Both the position numbers and the translations under genes were made by a program. From NCBI RefSeq assembly GCF_002087085.1, contig NZ_MWQY01000019.1, positions 52,768 to 72,767 on the forward strand: a DNA stretch of 20,000 bases, in the 5' to 3' direction. The notes below the pieces were generated by a model. It was not told where the DNA came from. It saw only the letters and a list, made by a program, of their open reading frames with translations, and did no database searches. Positions 16,792 through 20,000 of the stretch are shown here, piece after piece; position 1 is the first letter of the stretch; each line of letters starts with the position of its first letter.

Positions 16792-17586
16792 TCAGCGCTT
16801 GAGGTTGTTGGCAATGCCGAGCATCGAATCGGAAGTCTGGATCGCCTTGGAGTTGAGTTCGTAGGCTCTCTGGGCCACGATCATATTGACCATCTCCTTG
16901 ACCACCGAAACATTGGACATTTCCAGGAATTTATGGATCGTCTTTCCCATTCCGTCAAATCCGGGACGACTGCCGATGGCGTCCCCCGAGGCATTGGAGA
17001 CCTTGTAGAGGTTTTCTCCCACCGCCTGGAGACCCGCTGGATTCACGAAGCGGTAGAGTTCAAGCTGTCCGACCTCGATGGGGTCGTCGGACCCCGCCAC
17101 CTTGGTGGTTACCCGTCCGTCCTGGGAAATGCTGACGCTGTCCCGCACAAAACCCTCGGGCAGGGTCAGGTCCGGCATCAGACGATACCCGTTGGAGTTA
17201 ACGAACTGCCCCTGTGAATCGATCTTGAAGGAACCGTCCCGGGTATAGCCGTAGGTACCGTCGATCAGGAGGACCCGGAAAAATCCCTCCCCCTGGATTG
17301 CAAGGTCGGATACATTGTCCGTAGCCTGCAGAGCCCCCTGGGTATGGAGCTTCTGGGTTGCCGCCACCCGGGTACCGTGACCGACCTGGACGCCTACCGG
17401 CACGGTGGTCAGTTCCGTAGCCGGAGTCCCGGCAATGCGGGAGGTCTGGTACAGAAGGTCCTCGAAATCGATCCGGTTCTTCTTGAACCCAGTGGTGTTG
17501 ACATTGGAAAGGTTGTTGGCAATGGTATCGATATTAAACTGCTGCCCCGTCATTCCCGACGCGGCTGTCCATAATGAACGCATCAT
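16792..17586 (-). CDS. flgG: Flagellar basal-body distal rod protein FlgG
   Basis: MMRSLWTAASGM, IANNLSNVNTTGFKK, FEDLLYQ, YTRDGSF, FVNPAGL and LEMSNVSVVKEMV; SD GGAGGT. Confidence 0.97.
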   Translation of the reverse strand: MMRSLWTAASGMTGQQFNIDTIANNLSNVNTTGFKKNRIDFEDLLYQTSRIAGTPATELTTVPVGVQVGHGTRVAATQKLHTQGALQATDNVSDLAIQGEGFFRVLLIDGTYGYTRDGSFKIDSQGQFVNSNGYRLMPDLTLPEGFVRDSVSISQDGRVTTKVAGSDDPIEVGQLELYRFVNPAGLQAVGENLYKVSNASGDAIGSRPGFDGMGKTIHKFLEMSNVSVVKEMVNMIVAQRAYELNSKAIQTSDSMLGIANNLKR

Positions 17587-17599
17587 GCTGATTTACCTC

Positions 17600-18448
17600 C
17601 TATACCCGCACAGCCTGGTTTATAAGCCGGTCGGACATCTGGTCATGGGCCTGTATGGTCTTCTGGTTTGCCTCATAGGCCCTGTTTACTTCTATCATGC
17701 GCACCATCTCGCGCACCGGATTCACGTTGGACCCCTCGAGGAAGCCCTGACGCACCTGGAGTCCGTCATCCACACCGGCGGCGACGGGGTCTCCGGAGAA
17801 GCGATCGTTAACCCAGAGACTGTCTCCCTGCTTTTTCAGGTACCTGTCCCGGGGAAAATCCACCAGCTTGAGACGGTCCACAAGCTCGATGTTCTCCCAC
17901 TCGTTCTCTTCCAGGGAGACAAGACGTTCGGGGTCGTCGGCAAAGGTACTGTTCTGCCAGATCCGGCCCTCCTGGTCGACGACAAAGTTGTTCTTTTTAA
18001 GACGGATGATCCCGTTCTCTCCCATCACGGGGAGTCCCTGCTTGTTGACCAGGATTCCTTCCGGGCTTACGTGGAAGGAACCGTTGCGGGTAAAGCGCTC
18101 GCCCTGGGGGGTATCGACGGTAAAGAAACCTTTTCCTTCCAGGGCAAGATCGAAGGGATTCTCCGTCTGCTTCAGGGCCCCCTGGGAAAAAACGGTGTAG
18201 CTCTCGTTGTACTCCACGCCGGAGCCGAGAGTGCCGATAACCGGCGCCTGGTCCACCGATCCCGGGGGAATGGTAAAGACGCCGTCGTCATTCATTCGTC
18301 GCAAAAGGAGTTCCGGAAAGGCCTTGTGTACCGGGGTGTCCTTTTTGTAACCCGTCAAATCCACGTTGGCCAGGTTGTTCGAGATAGCATCAAGGTTGTG
18401 CATCTGGGCAATCATGCCGCTGGCGCCGGTATAAATCCCGCGTATCAT
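17600..18448 (-). CDS. flgF: Flagellar basal-body rod protein FlgF (FlhO)
   Basis: MIRGIYTGASGM, ISNNLANV..TGYKKD, FTRNGSF and LEGSNVNPVREMV; directly upstream of flgG; SD GGAGGT. Confidence 0.9.
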   Translation of the reverse strand: MIRGIYTGASGMIAQMHNLDAISNNLANVDLTGYKKDTPVHKAFPELLLRRMNDDGVFTIPPGSVDQAPVIGTLGSGVEYNESYTVFSQGALKQTENPFDLALEGKGFFTVDTPQGERFTRNGSFHVSPEGILVNKQGLPVMGENGIIRLKKNNFVVDQEGRIWQNSTFADDPERLVSLEENEWENIELVDRLKLVDFPRDRYLKKQGDSLWVNDRFSGDPVAAGVDDGLQVRQGFLEGSNVNPVREMVRMIEVNRAYEANQKTIQAHDQMSDRLINQAVRV

Positions 18449-18470
18449 GGATACCTCCCTCTATACTCCA

Positions 18471-18498
18471 TTATCGAAGGAAGAAGCCCCGATCCTGA
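18471..18498 (-). promoter_or_regulatory. Putative sigma28 (FliA) promoter of the flgF operon
   Basis: Minus strand TCAG-N16-TTCGATAA compared with consensus TAAA-N15/16-GCCGATAA, 22 nt upstream of the flgF ATG. Confidence 0.55.
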
Positions 18499-18519
18499 GC
18501 GCTTTTTACATGAGCTTAC

Positions 18520-18550
18520 TTGCAATAAAACAGGGTGATGGGGTATAAAT
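18520..18550 (+). promoter_or_regulatory. Putative sigma70 promoter of tRNA-Thr
   Basis: TTGCAA-N18-TATAAAT about 20 nt upstream of the tRNA. Confidence 0.55.
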
Positions 18551-18570
18551 GCAGGAGCTTAATCAGCAGT

Positions 18571-18642
18571 GCCAGAATAGCTCAGGGGTAGAGCAACGCT
18601 CTCGTAAAGCGTAGGTCGTGAGTTCAAATCTCACTTCTGGCT
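18571..18642 (+). tRNA. tRNA-Thr (anticodon CGT)
   Basis: Acceptor GCCAGAA/TTCTGGC, D arm GCTC-AGGGGTA-GAGC, anticodon arm ACGCT-CTCGTAA-AGCGT (CGT at 18603-18605), T arm GTGAG-TTCAAAT-CTCAC. CCA is not encoded. Confidence 0.97.
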
Positions 18643-18649
18643 CGTCAAG

Positions 18650-18673
18650 GCCTCCCTTCGGGGAGGCTTTTTT
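18650..18673 (+). terminator. Rho-independent terminator after tRNA-Thr
   Basis: GCCTCCC-TTCG-GGGAGGC followed by TTTTTT. Confidence 0.92.
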
Positions 18674-18811
18674 ATTGCCCTGAAAGGAATTGAGTGATAA
18701 TCTGCATCTGGATGATCCCTCCTTCCCGGAAAGTTACCGTAAAGAAAAGAACATAAACACTCAGAGGCAGCCGTCGGGGGGGAATACATTTGCGGACAGG
18801 CAGGTGATAGT

Positions 18812-19422
18812 TCAACTTTTCCAATAGAGGATATTATCGACAAACTCGCTCTGTATCATGCCCTCATTGTACAGACAGGACAGGAACGAACGTATGGTAG
18901 ATCCGACCAGCGCATACTGAGCATAGTCAAGCTGCAGATCATATTCATCGCACACAGTCTTCAGAATCACATCATAATTCTTTGCTTCCTGAAGAATAGA
19001 CACGATAAAATCTTCTATCCTTTTCACTGCATCCATGTTTAATTGGGCAATTTCACGGATATCCGTTGTAATATCGGCATGGGAAGGAACATAGTAGTTC
19101 ATCTTTCTGCTCATTATTGATTCTATTGTACGTATATATCCCCTTACATCGTAAATAAAGGGAATTCCATATTTTTCCAGAATCGGTTTTCCGAACAGTG
19201 AATCCGCGATAAACAGAACGTTGTCCGTCGTCTCTATACCGACCATATTGAAGTAATGTCCGGGAAGACGATGGACCGTGAACAGGCTGCTTATTTCCGA
19301 TTCTTCATGTACTGTTCCCGTTACCTTCGAAGGCTTGGCCCTGAAGAATTTATTCCGGATATCCTTCACCTCCATTCCTCCCCACAGGAAAGCCGCTTCC
19401 AGTTCAGGGTGTTCGATAAATA
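18812..19422 (-). pseudogene. 3' part of an MBL-fold metallo-hydrolase gene interrupted by an IS
   Basis: LPGH..MVG, LFIADSLF and YVPSH are C-terminal MBL motifs. The frame extends upstream of Met 19375 (FIEHPELEAAFLWGG) right up to the IS end. The HxHxDH motif is absent. Confidence 0.8.
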
Positions 19423-20000
19423 GGGTCTCCTGAAAAACTCAGTTTCCCCGTTTATACGGCAATTATGACCGGTTTTCTATCAAATATTACCGAAGGAAAA
19501 GCGGAAAGAAAAAGCGCATAAAGATCCTTGAGGATCTTCTCCATATTCATCACCAGCATGTTCATCATGATGGTTGTTTCACTGGTTATCCGGAGTTTCT
19601 CATACACGCAGTCCATTCCATATCTGCGTTTGCCAACACCAAATGCACCTTCGATTGCCTGGCGGATACTTTCATCCCGGCGTTCCTGTTTTCTTTTCGC
19701 CCTCAATATCTTTTTATCAATTCCTGCAGTGTTTACAGGACGACCCAGGGGAGGACCAGATAATCTGATACTACGTTCTTCACACCAGGCCCGGTTCTCC
19801 CGCGTCCGATAGATCTTATCCACATGTACCGATTCTGGGTAATGACCACATCGATCTTTATAGCGTTCCACCTGCATCTGTAAGTCGCCGCTTTCATTGT
19901 ACGGTTCCCATTCCAGCCGGTCGATATACATCAGACCATGTTCAGTAATTGCAGCAGAGATCTTGGCTCCAAACTCATAGGCTCCTCTGGCCTTACCGCG
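19423..20000 (-). mobile_element. IS5-family insertion sequence, downstream end (continues beyond the window)
   Basis: Candidate terminal IR GGGTCTCCTGAAAAACTC (19423-19440) is preceded by TA and lies 11 nt past the transposase stop. The boundary is uncertain by 1-2 nt. Confidence 0.85.
19452..20000 (-). CDS. IS5-family DDE transposase, C-terminal part
   Basis: Frame is open to the window edge: RGKARGAYEFGAKIS, then YPESVHVDKIYRTRENR, GPPLGRP and RQAIEGAFGVGKRRY. Confidence 0.92.
   Translation of the reverse strand, partial: RGKARGAYEFGAKISAAITEHGLMYIDRLEWEPYNESGDLQMQVERYKDRCGHYPESVHVDKIYRTRENRAWCEERSIRLSGPPLGRPVNTAGIDKKILRAKRKQERRDESIRQAIEGAFGVGKRRYGMDCVYEKLRITSETTIMMNMLVMNMEKILKDLYALFLSAFPSVIFDRKPVIIAV

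Noticed and set aside
17405..18538. 377-aa plus-strand ORF
   Set aside because: Antisense shadow of flgF/flgG, as expected from GC-biased codon usage.
18571..18645. tRNA without encoded CCA
   Set aside because: Common in many bacteria, where CCA is added enzymatically.
18631..18843. 70-aa minus-strand ORF
   Set aside because: It overlaps the tRNA and its terminator and has no protein-like features.
1..20000. CRISPR arrays, tandem repeats, retron or DGR elements, defence genes
   Set aside because: I saw no spaced direct repeats, reverse transcriptase, nuclease or template/variable repeat pairs by eye. The lipoprotein domain repeats are similar only at the protein level.

Overview
Mostly core-genome window from a moderately GC-rich spirochete (inferred from gene content and order; Spirochaetaceae-like). 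Left to right: a thioredoxin-like/CcdA-type membrane protein running off the left edge (missed by the ORF track), a DUF1349 protein, an orphan CHASE-PAS HisKA_2 histidine kinase, a coupled minus-strand pair (putative beta-barrel/transglutaminase-like/TPR protein plus an AT-richer multi-Ig-domain lipoprotein), an HD-GYP phosphodiesterase, a 95-aa hypothetical, a phosphoglucomutase and a MinD/FlhG-like ATPase. Next is the minus-strand block flgF-flgG-flgA-flgI-flgJ-sigma factor-divergent polysaccharide deacetylase-tsaD, then tRNA-Thr(CGT) with its terminator, and an MBL-fold hydrolase gene interrupted by an IS5-family element running off the right edge. Three observations stand out. (1) The sigma factor lies in the gene order I recall for Borrelia rpoS and has a consensus sigma54 -24/-12 promoter, suggesting a Borrelia-type RpoN->RpoS cascade outside Borrelia. 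(2) The barrel/transglutaminase-like/TPR protein plus lipoprotein pair may be an uncharacterised surface display or processing module. (3) Several genes have sigma70-like promoters abutting SD-less start codons, suggesting leaderless mRNAs. All calls come from reading the sequence by eye; no searches were run.
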